Positions 51,329-63,557 of a stretch of DNA of 64,000 nucleotides are shown here, in pieces. Origin of the DNA: Dictyostelium discoideum. Taxonomy: Eukaryota. The first letter of the stretch is position 1. Every line of letters starts with the position of its first letter. The notes beneath the pieces were generated by a model, which did not search any database, had not been told where the DNA came from, and saw nothing but the letters and a program-made list of their open reading frames with translations. The stretch covers positions 2,848,001 through 2,912,000 of the forward strand of contig CM000154.2 in NCBI GenBank assembly GCA_000004695.1, read 5' to 3'. Both the position numbers and the translations under genes were made by a program.

Positions 51329-52395
51329 GTTGGAACAACCTCAAATAATACACAACCAATTTTAATTGAAATGATATCAACTTTATTTTGGAAATCAATT
51401 TTAAAAGTTTTAGAAAATAATTTATTAGTGGCTGCAAAATCTTCAAATATTATAGAGAATACATTTATTAGAGAATATCCAAAAGTTTCAAAATTCTTTT
51501 TAGATTTTATTAAAAAATTACAAAATTATATTGACATTCATCAAATGGATATACAACAACAATTTATGATTGTTTTATCAAATATAAATCAAATTATAGG
51601 TAATAATAATAGTAATAATAGCAATAGTAATAGTAATAATAGTATTGAATCATCTTTATCTACATCATCATCATCATCGTCATCATCATCATCATCATCA
51701 TCAACAACAACAACAGCAACAACATCATTAATTTTATTATCAGCAGATGATTATAAATTATCATTATTTAAATCGATTGGATTATTTGAAAAAGCATATT
51801 TAGAATATAGTCAATCTAAAATGTCAACCATTGTTAATGGATTATTCCCACAATCAACATGGAGTTCAAGATCAACATTACCAGTTATACCGAATGGAAA
51901 ACAATTGGTTGATTTATCTAAAACCATTTGGAGTGAAATTGAATGGTTGGTTGGAAATAATGATAGACAATTATTGGGTAAATTAATGTTAGTTGTTTCA
52001 AAAGTAATTGATTTATTCAGTTCTAAAATCGAATCAATGGTTCAACCACCAGGTTTAATAGTTTTAAATTCAAATATAGGTAGTAGTAGTAGTACTGGTG
52101 GTGTTAATAATAATAGTAATAGTAATAATAATAATGAAATTATAACAATCAATGAAAATTCAAAACCAACACCATCTCAAACTGTAAACACTCTATTATT
52201 CAATGTGTCAATTCAATTAAATTCTTCAATTCAATCATTATTAACCTCTCAACCATTAGAAAGAGAATCAATCATTGTCATTGAAAAATCATTAAATTCA
52301 CTAATCACCATTTGTACAAATATTATAACACCTTTAATGAATTCATTTTTCACTCATATCGAACAAATATTTTCAACAATTCATAATGAAGATTG
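50679..52395 (+). CDS. cog5: COG5 exon 2 (contains long poly-Gln and poly-Asn/Ser tracts)
   Basis: TTTTCAG acceptor at 50677-78. The frame runs into ORF 50798..52399. GTAGTA donor at 52396 in phase 2. Confidence 0.75.
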
Positions 52396-52479
52396 GTAGT
52401 ATGTATTTATTATTATTAAAATCAATTATTTATTATTATTATTATTATTATTTTTTTTTTATTTACTAAATTTATTTTA

Positions 52480-52529
<50 letters not shown>

Positions 52530-52545
52530 ATAATCAAAATAATAG

Positions 52546-52900
52546 TAATGAAAAAACTACAAAAATGTTAATAAATAAATCGAATCAAACATGTTCAAGT
52601 TATATGGAAAGTTTTAAAACATTAGTAAATTACTTCCAAAATCAATATTTAATGAGATTTACTCCATGTCAATTATTGAATAATCAAATAAAATCAATGA
52701 TTTCAAAGATATTTATTGTCTATCTAAAGTATTGCTCTTTATTAAAACAACCATTCTCTGAAAATGGTAAATTAAAAATGGTTAATGATTTAACTCATTT
52801 AGAATTTGCTGTAACTCCATTATTAGTTTCTGGTGGTATAAAAGAAATTGGTGAATCATATAATTTAATTAGAAATTATAAACAATCAATTTTTAATTAA
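52546..52900 (+). CDS. cog5: COG5 exon 3 (C-terminal)
   Basis: AATAG acceptor at 52544-45. TG+T restores the frame into ORF 52565..52900. Confidence 0.65.
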
Positions 52901-53065
52901 CATAATAATAAAAATAATAATAAATAAATAAATAAAAAAAAATAAAAAAAATAAAAAAAAGTAATAATAATAATTATAAAAGTAATATTAAATAATTTAA
53001 TTTTTTATTTTGTGTATTTATTTATTTTTATTTTATTTTTTTTAATTTTAATTTTTTTAATTTTT

Positions 53066-54503
53066 TTAATTTTTTAAACAAGCACCACCTCTAATTTCAT
53101 CTCTTTTACAAGTATAATCTCTAGGACATCTTGAATTACTACATTCTATTGATCTTTTATAACATTTTGGACCTTTGTCAGTGTTTACACAATATTGATT
53201 ATCTGGACATTGAATAACTGAACAAGATGGACGATCAATTCTACAAACTACACCTTTATTATTACTATTTTCATTTGGAGTACAACTCATTGTATCTTTT
53301 GGACATTTATCACAACTTGGTTGATATTGAATTGTATCATTTGGCCAAGTTTTACAAATTGGACCACCATTTTCAACACAATAACTATTTACACCTTCAC
53401 ATAATAAAGTTTCACATGAAAGATCAATATATGATTCATATTTAACATAGAATCCTCCTCTAATTTCATCAGATATACAATAATAGTCAGGTGGTATTTT
53501 TGATAGGTTGCACAATAATTTTGGATAACATTTTGGTGGAGTGTTTTCAATATTGTCAATACAGAATTCACCTTCTTTACAAGCTATTAATCTACAATTA
53601 ATTGCATCAGTTTCACAAATTACACCTGAACCATTTGGATTTGGGTTACATCTATATGAACCAATTGGACATTGACTACAACTGGTTTTATTATATGACA
53701 CTGGCTTTGGTGGTGGTTTTATTTGGCAATATGGATTTAAACCAACTTTATTTATACATACTTCATCATCTTCACATTTAATTGTTGAACATGTTAGTTG
53801 GGGTCTTTGTTCAGTTGTATACTCTGATAATAACATTTTTGATTTTTTATAAAACATTGATAATGAATCCATCTTTTTAACAGATGGTTGTTGTTTTTGT
53901 GGTAATGGACTCATTGTTTGATAATTTGGTGGTTTATCAAGTTTACAGTATGCTTGATTTCCATAAACTAAACAATGACTACCATTTGGACATGTTGCTT
54001 TTTTACATGGATCTTGATGAACTGGTGAACTACTTGGTGTAATTGTTGGCTCCTCAGTTATTTCAATTGATGGATCATCAGCTGGTTGTTCAGTTACATT
54101 TGGTTTCTTTGTATGTTTTTCATCATCTTTTGGTTTCTTTGATTTATCATCCTTCTTTTTTTTTTTCTTCTTCTTTTTATCTTCACCATTATTTTCATCA
54201 ATATTTTCTTCATCTTTATTATCATTGCCTTCTAATTGGTATCTGCTAGCACTTGCTGTAAATGATGTTGGTTCAATTGTATTTAAATGAGTTGTTGGTT
54301 CTTTATTTAAATTTGGTAAAACTGGATATGGTGAACCTGCTTTAAAATATTCTTTTTGTGTTTGTTTTTGTGTTTGTTCTTGTTTTTGTTGTTGTTGATC
54401 TTGATTTTTAAAATTCCATGGAAATGGAGTTTCATTATTAAAAGTTCTATCAATTGGATTTGATTGTTGATTTTGATTTGGTTCATTATTGTTAATAGTT
54501 TTA

Positions 54504-54541
<38 letters not shown>

Positions 54542-54846
54542 TTTATCAGAGTTATTCTTAATATCCTTTTTATGTTTTTTATTATTTTTATCTTTTTTGT
54601 GATTTTCATGATTTGGTTTATCTTTAAATTGGGGAGAGTCTGGATTTAAATGATTGTATATATCTTGTGCTAATTGACCTTTTGGATTTTTAAAAATTGG
54701 TGCTTCATTTTGATCAATGTCTTTGGATGGTACACATTTTGATTCATATTTGCAACATGGATTATTTTCAGTTTCACATTTTTTATGTAATTTTTCATCA
54801 ACACATTTAAATCCTTTTTGGCATTTTGAATATTTACATTTATATA
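53066..54846 (-). CDS. Secreted cysteine-rich repeat protein (EGF/follistatin-like C-x3-C-x5-C modules; charged K/D/E linker), exon 3
   Basis: The frame is open upstream of ORF 53066..53914 with no Met (...SSSPVHQDPCKKATCPNGSHCLVYGNQAYCKLDKPPNYQTM...). It has repeated modules ending C..DEIRGG and a CSQCPIGSYRCNPNPNG/CDKCPKDTMSCTPNENS pair. Confidence 0.65.
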
Positions 54847-54937
54847 CTTGTAAAAAAAAAAATAAAAAAATAAAAAAATAATATTTGTTTGGTTAATATG
54901 AAATAATATAAAAAAAAAACAAATTAAAAAAACTTAC

Positions 54938-55222
54938 AATTTGGTTTAAAATATTCTGAATCTAAATCAAGTTCTGGTACACATGATGTATTAAATCTTA
55001 AAATTGATTTCTTCTTTTTTAAACACCATTCATGACTACTGGATGGTGGTGATTTCTTTAAAATATTTTTATTTGAAAAAACATCATCAGTTTGTGATTC
55101 ACAGTACTTACTTGATATTGGTAGACACATTAAAAAATCTTTTTCACAGCATGAATTAACATTACTTAAAAAACATTTATCTTTATTTTTAATACATTCA
55201 TCTTGTTGTAAATGTAAACAAT
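54938..55222 (-). CDS. Secreted Cys-rich protein, exon 2 (CLHLQQDECIKNKDKCFLSNVNSCCEKDFLMCLPISSKYCES...)
   Basis: ATCAATAG acceptor and GTAAGT donor. Includes ORF 54924..55130. Confidence 0.6.
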
Positions 55223-55309
55223 CTATTGATATATATATATTTAAAATTTATTTTATAAGGATATTCTTAAAAATTAAAATAATTAAATAAATATTTATAA
55301 AATACTTAC

Positions 55310-55379
55310 TTATTTTTTTAGATTCTACATTTAAAAATAAAAATGATATCAAAACTATTTGAATAATAGTTTGGATTTT

Positions 55380-55382
<3 letters not shown>
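55310..55382 (-). CDS. Secreted Cys-rich protein, exon 1 (signal peptide MKIQTIIQIVLISFLFLNVESKKI)
   Basis: ATG at 55382, hydrophobic signal sequence, GTAAGT donor. Confidence 0.6.
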
Positions 55383-55414
<32 letters not shown>

Positions 55415-56454
55415 CTATAAATTTTATTTTTAATACTATTATTATTGTTATTATTTATTTTATTTAAATGATTGATTATTAAAATAATTGTTTTTTTTTT
55501 TATTATTTTTTTTTTAAAGAAAAAGGAATTCAATTTAAATACAAAAAAAAAACAAAAAAAAATAAAATAACAATTAAAAAAATAATAAAAATAATTATTT
55601 TAATTTTTTTTATTGTAATTATTTCTCCATTTTATTCATAAATCATTTGCGAAATGGGTGAATTTACATCATTCCATTTATTATTGCAGAAAAACAATGT
55701 ATCATTATATATAGATGGTGGCTGAAGAAAAAAAAAAATAATTTAACCACACACTTTCACACTCCCACTTCTACTACCATATTTATTTTTTCGCCCAATA
55801 TACAAAAACAACAAAAATTCCTTCAAACACACTCACATATAATCAAGAGGAATCAAAAATTTCATAAAGCAAATAATTGTCATCATCATTCCTTTTTTTA
55901 TTACAAAAAATTATAAATTAAAAAAATAATCAATAATATTTTATCTTAATAAATCTATATCTACTCACTAAAAATTTGACAACGACACATTATTGTGTTT
56001 TTTATTTTAAAAAAAAAAAATTCACAATTCACACATTGTTAGTTTGAATAGATAATAGATTGCAAAAAAAAAAAAAAAAAAAAAAACAATAAATAAAATA
56101 AATAAATATTAATTTTTAAAATAATTTAAAGATTTAAATATTACAAGTAATTAGCTAATTTATAACAATTGGAATTTATAATTTATAATTTAATAGAAAA
56201 AAAGAAAAAGTGTTTCCTTTTTTTTTGAAACTGTTTTTTATACAAATAATGTATTTTTTTATTTTTTTATTTTTTTTATTTTTTTTTTTTCGATATATTT
56301 ATTATACAGGTTCGGTTTTTTTTTATTTATTTATTTATTTATTTAAAAAACCAAAAAAAAACAAAAATATTTTTGTATTTGTGGTGGTATGTGTATGTAT
56401 TTCTATAAAAATTATTTTCTATTATTATTATTATTGTTATTACTTGTTGTTGTT

Positions 56455-56492
<38 letters not shown>

Positions 56493-56696
56493 ATTATTAT
56501 TTTTTTTTTTTTTTTTTTGTACTTTTGATTTGTTTTTTTTCTTTTAAAAAAAATTATTATAATTTAAATAATCAATTATTATAATAATTTTTGCAATATT
56601 AATAATAAAAAAGTAATTTTTTTTTTCTCCTTTAATTATTTGAAGAAATTTATGTGTGTGGTAAATATCTCTAGGTAAAAAAAAAAAGATGTAAAT

Positions 56697-57290
56697 TTAA
56701 ATTTCGTGCATAAATTCATCAATAGTATCCTCGGTCGGTATAACTTCTTCTTCGGCATTTGGTTCTTCATTATTATTATTACTATTAATATTATTATTAA
56801 TATTATTTTCAGAGGAAATTGGAACATCACCACCACCAGCAACTCCATGTTGAATATCAATTTCAACAACATCAATTGTTGTATCAACTTTATTTGTAAT
56901 ATCAACAACAGAGATACCATTTTGGTCAATGGAAATATCAACTGAACTAAATTGATTATTAGATGATGGTTGTGAAGTTTGGAAATTATTTTTAACTGGT
57001 TCCATTTCAATTTCATTATCTTTAGATTTTTCTTTTTTAACTTGAAGTTCATGTTCTTCTTCATAGTATGGTTGAGTTGGTCTTTGAGATTGAATTTGTA
57101 ATTTTTCATCAGTTGTAATTGCAGAACTACCATCACATTCTGGTGTACCAGTATATTTACTTTCTGAACCACTTACACCAACTCCATGGCCCATTGTTTG
57201 ACCAATATTAGTTACAGCTTGTGATTTAATACCTAAACTTCTGATTGGGAAACTATATTTATGTGGTCTATTTCTTAATTTAGCAGCCAT
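56697..57290 (-). CDS. Multi-pass membrane protein (family unassigned), exon 4 (hydrophilic C-terminal tail MAAKLRNRPHKYSFPIRSLG...)
   Basis: An AAAAATAG acceptor sits directly 5' of the ATGGCT. Confidence 0.55.
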   Translation of the reverse strand: MAAKLRNRPHKYSFPIRSLGIKSQAVTNIGQTMGHGVGVSGSESKYTGTPECDGSSAITTDEKLQIQSQRPTQPYYEEEHELQVKKEKSKDNEIEMEPVKNNFQTSQPSSNNQFSSVDISIDQNGISVVDITNKVDTTIDVVEIDIQHGVAGGGDVPISSENNINNNINSNNNNEEPNAEEEVIPTEDTIDEFMHEI

Positions 57291-57361
57291 CTATTTTTAT
57301 AGAAAAAAAAAAAAAAAAAAGTTAGAAACAAATTTTATAAAAAAAAAAAAAAATATATAAC

Positions 57362-57370
<9 letters not shown>

Positions 57371-57455
<85 letters not shown>
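57371..57455. repeat. (AAT)n microsatellite, about 28 units, in an intron
   Basis: Perfect trinucleotide run. On the coding strand it would read as poly-Tyr, but the GTAAGT donor immediately upstream makes it intronic. Confidence 0.85.
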
Positions 57456-57457
<2 letters not shown>

Positions 57458-57461
57458 TTAC

Positions 57462-57764
57462 ACAAATAGAAGAACTTGAATCAGTTGATAACTCTAACAT
57501 TCTAAATTGATAAAATGCCAATACAGTTGTTAAAATAATGATTGGTAAATGAATTGTATAATCAATTATAACTGTACTCTCCATTGAATATGGTGAATGA
57601 GTATGAGCCATTGGATGACCATATCCAATAAAGAATAAAGCGGCAATACAAAGTGATGAAATGATTGCTACTTTTTTACCATTACTTGGTGGTAATAATG
57701 AAATAATTCTAACTGCAATATATGAAAATGCAAAACCACAACCCAAAATTATTGAATCAACCAT
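57462..57764 (-). CDS. Multi-pass membrane protein, exon 3 (TM-rich: ...LGCGFAFSYIAVRIISLL...IAALFFIGYGHP...PIIILTTVLAFYQF...)
   Basis: TTTAG acceptor and GTAAGT donor at 57456-61. The intron carries an (AAT)28 microsatellite. Confidence 0.55.
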
Positions 57765-57813
57765 CTAAATATTTTTTTAAATATTTTTTAAAAATTATTA
57801 GTATTCATAAAAA

Positions 57814-57847
<34 letters not shown>

Positions 57848-57855
57848 TTACCTAC

Positions 57856-58251
57856 TTTAAATGTAACATAAAAGAATTTTTGATATCTTTTATATTCAGG
57901 TTTTAATGGATCATAATGAAACATAAATACCATACCAACACCAAAGAAAACACATAATAAAAGGATACCATGATATTTGAAATTATATTTCCAATCCATT
58001 TTAAGTGGGTTACATTCTTTTCTAGTTTCCATTTTCTTTTTCATCATTGCAACTTCAAACATTAATAAAATTAAATCATATTGGAAATATGATAATGTTA
58101 ATGAACAAAATAAAATTGTCCAATGAAATGAAACTTCAATTGCTATTAAATTATCATAAATATCACCTTTAGATGTTAAGATTAATGCATGTGAAGTACT
58201 ATGTGGCCACCAACTAACCATAAAAAATGAAATACAACCCCAGCACCAAAT
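57856..58251 (-). CDS. Multi-pass membrane protein, exon 2 (IWCWGCISFFMVSWWPHSTSHALILTSKG...)
   Basis: TTTATAG acceptor and GTAGGT donor, phase 0. Confidence 0.55.
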
Positions 58252-58334
58252 CTATAAATTTAATAAAATGAAAAAAATATTAATATTAATTTGGTTTTTT
58301 TTTTTTTTTTTTTTTAATTTAATTAATTATTTAC

Positions 58335-58667
58335 CATTCTTTTTCTCAATTGTTGATTTCTAATTTTAAAAACTTTTAAACCAACTGCTACAAAAAATCC
58401 AATTCCAAGTCCAAATAATAATGTTTCAAAAACTGATAGAATTGAAAGTGCAACTTTGTCACTATGATTTCTAACCATTTCTGGTAAATTATCTCTATTT
58501 AAATTATCTGATTTAACTCTATAATCATCTACAACCGTTCTGTCAATTGACATTGCAACTCCCCAACCTATTAATGTTAATATAATAATTTGAGTTCTTA
58601 AACTCCTTTTTATATTTTCAAAAGCTGTCGTTATATTTGTTTTAAATGATTTTTGCTGATTCATCAT
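58335..58667 (-). CDS. Multi-pass membrane protein, exon 1 (MMNQQKSFKT...two TM helices...QLRKRM)
   Basis: ATG at 58667 and GTAAAT donor. Total protein about 541 aa. Confidence 0.55.
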
Positions 58668-58852
58668 TTTTTTATTTTTTTATTTATATTATTTTTTTTT
58701 ATTTTTTTTTTATTTTTTTGGTATATATAATTATAAATATAGAATGGTTTTTTTTTATTTTTTTAAAAAAAATATATATATAAATAATAAAAATAAATTA
58801 TTTTTATAGAATTAAATTTAAGATATTATTTTATTTTATTTTATTTTTATTT

Positions 58853-58888
<36 letters not shown>

Positions 58889-58963
58889 ATTATAAAAATT
58901 ATTATAATTGCATGCAAAAAAAAATTTTAATGGGGTATTTTTTAATTTTAGCCCCCCTCCCCA

Positions 58964-59004
<41 letters not shown>

Positions 59005-60180
59005 GGTTAGTTTCTTTGTCCATTTTTAAAATTTTATTTTATTTTTACACTTGTCGACTTTTTTTTAAAAATAAATTAATAAAAAAAAAAATTTCAATCA
59101 AAATCAATATCATTTGGCCCATTTTGATTTTTTTTTTTTTGTTGCCATCGAAATTTCAAAAAATCATTTAAAATTTTTTTTTTTTTTATTTATTTATTTT
59201 GGAAAAGTGGCAACCAGTAATTTATGTGTGTGAATTTGGATAAAAATGGCGCTTTTTTGATGATAATGAATACGCCCATCAGGGCAATGGACTATGCCAT
59301 CTTTGATTATCATATGATTTATTTATTTTTATTTTTTTTTTTTTTTTTTTTAATAAATAAATATAAAAGTGAAAATAAAATATTCGAAAAAAAAAAAATA
59401 TCTATGGTTTGAAAATTTAATAAAAAAGTAAAATGTGTACTAAATTATGCGAGATAAGATGTGATTTGGGAACATTCACAATTTTTTTTTTTTTTTTAAG
59501 AATAATTAAGGTGGAAAATAATAAAAATAATATTAAAAAAAAAAAATTAAAAAAAAAATGTTTGGATTAATTCAATGGAAATGAAAAGAAGATAGGTTTG
59601 TCAAAATTAGGTTTTAAAATAAGTAAAGCTGCAAATATAAAAAAAAACAAATATTATTATTTAAAAAAATAAAAATAAAATTGGGAAAAATAAAAAAAAT
59701 ATTAAATAATAAATTATAATAAAAATAGATTTCGTGTGTTGATTTTTTTTTTTATTTTATATTTTTGTTGAAAACAATAACAATATATGAAATAATGAGA
59801 AAAACAATGAATTAAGAAGAATACAAAAAAATGTAGTGTGGGTGTTTTAAAATTAATATATAAAATTGAGTTATGAAAAAAAAAAAAAAAAATAATAATA
59901 AAAAAAAAAAAAACAAGCAACCCCATATTAAACATCAAAAAAATATTACAAAATTTACAAATAAATTAATTTATTATTTAATTTTTTTAATATAATAATA
60001 ATTATTTATATTTTTTTTTTTTTTTATAAATTAATATTTATTTTTTTATTTTTTTTTTGAATTATTAATTATTTTATTTTATTTTATTTTTTTACTTCAT
60101 CTCACTATCAAATACAAAATATTGCTATAGAAAATAATATATATATAAAATTTAAAAGATTTTATTATCTTTAATAAAAA

Positions 60181-60268
60181 ATGATAAAATATTCATTTAT
60201 TTATTTAATAATTTCTTTATTTTTATTTGTTGGGTTTATTAAATCTGAAAGGACACAAATCAAATTCG
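60181..60268 (+). CDS. Type-I membrane protein, exon 1 (signal peptide MIKYSFIYLIISLFLFVGFIKSE)
   Basis: ATG followed by a hydrophobic leader. GTAATT donor in phase 1. Confidence 0.5.
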
Positions 60269-60407
60269 GTAATTATTAAAAAAAAAAATTTAAATTTCAG
60301 CGAATAATCAAACCTTGATGATTCGTTTTACAAACCAACAAAAAAATTTTCTATTTTTAACGTTTTTCTGTTTTTTTATTTTTTTTTTCATTTTTTTTTT
60401 TTTTTTT

Positions 60408-60457
<50 letters not shown>

Positions 60458-60464
60458 TTATTAG

Positions 60465-60892
60465 GTGAAAAAATAATTGTTAATTCGAGTAACTTGACCT
60501 TATTTGGAGGAAATTCTAAAAAGTTATTATTGGCAACATCAAATGATGGTACTTTTTATTTATTTGATAAATATAATTTTGAACAAGTAAGAAATCGTAC
60601 ATTCATTGCTAAAGATTTTATTAAACCATATGCCATTGCTGGATATTTAGAAGAAGGAAATGAAAATATTTACATTATCGCATCAAAGAATGAAAAGAGT
60701 AAAACTAAATTATATAAATTTGATATCAATTTTAAATTAATTGGATCAGTATTTATTGAAAATGATTCAGTAGTTCCAAATCAATTAGAATCATTAACTT
60801 ATGATAATATTGCATCTTCCTCAATCATTACTTTTATTGGGGCTAAAGGTATTCATAGATTTAAATCTGATACACTTTTATTACAATCTGAT
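60465..60892 (+). CDS. Type-I membrane protein, exon 2
   Basis: TATTAG acceptor. Covers ORF 60494..60919. GTAAGT donor at 60893. Confidence 0.6.
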
Positions 60893-60984
60893 GTAAGTTT
60901 TTTTTTTTTTTTTTTTTAAAAAAAATTATTAGTATTTTTTTTATTTTTTTTAAAATTTAATTTGAAATTTTTCCCCTTTTTCCC

Positions 60985-61024
<40 letters not shown>

Positions 61025-61026
61025 AG

Positions 61027-61202
61027 TATTTCTTTAATGATGTATTTACAAAATTTAAAGTATCATCAATGTCATATATTAATCATAATTTGTTAAATGT
61101 TGCTGGTAAAAATAATAGTAAACCAAGTGTATTGAGATACATTTTAAATAATTATCCATCAACTGATCCAAGAGATAAATCTGTTATTCCACTACCATCT
61201 TT
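61027..61202 (+). CDS. Type-I membrane protein, exon 3
   Basis: CCAG acceptor. Open frame YFFNDVFTKFKVSSMSYINHNLLNVAGKNNSKPSVLRYILNNYPSTDPRDKSVIPLPSL. GTAAGT donor in phase 2. Confidence 0.5.
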
Positions 61203-61295
61203 GTAAGTATTTTAAATTATAACTATTAAAAAAAAAAAAAAAAAAAAAAAAAGATTTATATATTAATTTTTAATTTTTAATTTTTTATAAAATAG

Positions 61296-61486
61296 TGTCG
61301 AATATTCTCAAGATGTTTCTTCAATTCAAAATTTATTAAATTTTAAAAAATCATTTTCATACATTACATCACCAAAGAAAGGTCCAAATTCAATCAACTT
61401 AATTAGTCATGCTTTAGAATCAAAAATTCAAGAACTATTTGATTTTTCAAAACCATTACTTTCAGTTTCTGATACTTCAAATTTTG
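61296..61486 (+). CDS. Type-I membrane protein, exon 4
   Basis: AAATAG acceptor and GTAACT donor. Open frame in phase. Confidence 0.45.
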
Positions 61487-61542
61487 GTAACTATTTTTAT
61501 TTTTTTATTTTCCACTTTTTTTTATTTTTGCCACTAAAACCT

Positions 61543-61613
<71 letters not shown>

Positions 61614-61619
61614 ATAAAG

Positions 61620-62485
61620 CAATTTATATAGTTGGTAAAAAGATTGTACTTTATCAAATTGGTCAAAATGAAAATGGTTCAATGTTAGAATTTATTGATG
61701 AAAAGAATTATTCAATTAGAAATAAGGATAATAAGAAAATGAATTTTACAATCACTGGATTGGTTTATTGTTCATCAAAGAATGAATTTTTCATGTCAAC
61801 TAGTAATGGTCGTATTCAAAGTTTTTCAATTATTAATCCACACTTTAATGAATATGCTTATAAGAGATATCCAACTGATGATCCATCACAACATTCTAAA
61901 ATTCATCATAATCATTCAGTACATAGAAATAGATGGTGGGTAATCCTTTTCTCAATCATTGGTGTTGTAACTGGTCTCATTTTATTCGCTGGTTTAATTT
62001 CACTCTATATTGTCATTAAGAAGAGACATTTATTAGAAAGATTATTGGATAATATTAATAGATTTAATCAACTTGATGACAGTAATAATAATAATAATAA
62101 TAATAATAATAGTTTTAACAATAACAACAATAATAACAATAATAGCTTTAAAAAATTTGAAGAAAATCTCAATAATAACAATGGTGAAAATATCAATAAT
62201 AGTGGTGAAAATAATGGTGGATTAAAATCAACTTCAATCAATATTGAAAATGCTTTTGATAATGAAAAAGATCAAGATAATGATATTGAAATTGATACAA
62301 ATGAAATTTATACAAATAATAATCAATCGTTGATTCATAATAATAATAATAATGATAATAATAATAATGATAATAATATCAATAATGATAGTATTAATAA
62401 TAATATTAATAATGATAATAATAATAATAGTAATATCAACAACAATGGCAACACTCACAAAAATGGTGAATCTTATGAACTTTAA
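61620..62485 (+). CDS. Type-I membrane protein, exon 5 (ectodomain end, TM helix WWVILFSIIGVVTGLILFAGLISLYIVI, N-rich cytoplasmic tail)
   Basis: TAAAG acceptor. In frame with ORF 61682..62485. Confidence 0.6.
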
Positions 62486-62719
62486 ATAAAAAAAAAAAAA
62501 AAATATAATAAAATTAGAATTAAAATGTTCTAAGTCAAAAAAAAAATAAAAAAAAAAAAAATAAAAATAAAAATAAAAATAAAAATAAAAATAAAATGTT
62601 CATAATAAAATGTTTTTAAAAGGTGTGAAAATAATATTATAAAAAAAAAAAAAAATTAAGAAAATATTTCATAGTTTTCATATAAATCTCTTTTTTTTTT
62701 ATAAATAAACAAAATTTAA

Positions 62720-62758
<39 letters not shown>

Positions 62759-63166
62759 ATAATAATATTTTATTATTATTATTATTTTTTTTTGAGTTTG
62801 TTTTATTCCAACTTCCTGTTTTTTTTGGGAAAGTTGAATTATTATTATTAGCATGGAAATTCAAAAGAAATTATTATACCATCGAAAATTTTTTTAACTT
62901 TTTTCCAACTGATTTTTTTTTGCGCACTGTTTTTAATTGATTTTTTTTTTTTTTACACGAAATTTCTCAATCGCTATCAATTTTTTAAATATTGGAATTA
63001 ATTTTTTTTGTTTAAAAAAAAAAAGTATAAAAGAAAAATTTTTTTTGATAATCAAATCATTAAATTAACAACTACAAATATAAAAACAAATACAAATACA
63101 AAAAAAAAAAGTATTAATAAATAAATTAATAAATTTTTAATAAATAAATAAATAAAATAAATTAAA

Positions 63167-63285
63167 ATGATTGCCAAAGTTTTCAAATCAATTACCCCAG
63201 AATCATACATTTTATTAGTCAACGCTGGTTTAATTTCAGCCTATGGTGTTAGAATTATTTTCCAAAGTGTTAAAAACGATGAAGG
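63167..63285 (+). CDS. Small TM protein, exon 1 (MIAKVFKSITPESYILLVNAGLISAYGVRIIFQSVKNDEG)
   Basis: ATG, a hydrophobic helix and a GTAAGT donor at 63286. Alternatively the ORF simply ends at TAA 63287-89. Confidence 0.35.
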
Positions 63286-63420
63286 GTAAGTTTTTTTATT
63301 TTTTTAAAAAAAAAAAAAAAAATAAAAAAATTATTTATTTATTAAAACTAATAATAAAGAAATAAAAGTAAAAATTTAATTACTAATTTCTTTAATTCAA
63401 ATAATAATAATAAAAAACAG

Positions 63421-63518
63421 TAAAGTCGATGAAAAAGCTCACATTGGTATTGGCCATTTCTTCAAAAAGAGAGGTGCTCAACTTGTTGATGGAAAGAACT
63501 TAACCGATATTTTAAAAG

Positions 63519-63520
<2 letters not shown>
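63421..63520 (+). CDS. Small TM protein, putative exon 2 (KVDEKAHIGIGHFFKKRGAQLVDGKNLTDILKE...); 3' end unresolved because the frame runs into a poly(A) tract
   Basis: AAAACAG acceptor and an open frame in phase for 100 nt. Confidence 0.25.

Positions 63521-63557
<37 letters not shown>

Noticed and set aside
54307-54649. ORFs of poly-Ile/Lys on both strands. Also 56636..57172(-) and 56706..56945(+).
   Set aside because: They are alternative frames of the N/K-rich linkers of the secreted Cys-rich protein and the membrane-protein tail. The supported frames are annotated.
57371-57455. Poly-Tyr C-terminus of ORF 57363..57764.
   Set aside because: A canonical GTAAGT donor sits immediately 5' of the (AAT)28 run, and an in-phase acceptor joins to the next ORF. 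The repeat is therefore intronic.
59224-59412. 62-aa ORF (MCVNLDKNGAFLMIMNTPIRAMDYAIFDYHMIYLF...) in a slightly GC-richer patch.
   Set aside because: It is short, runs into poly-Phe from a poly(T) tract, and has no start context or splice support. It could be noise.
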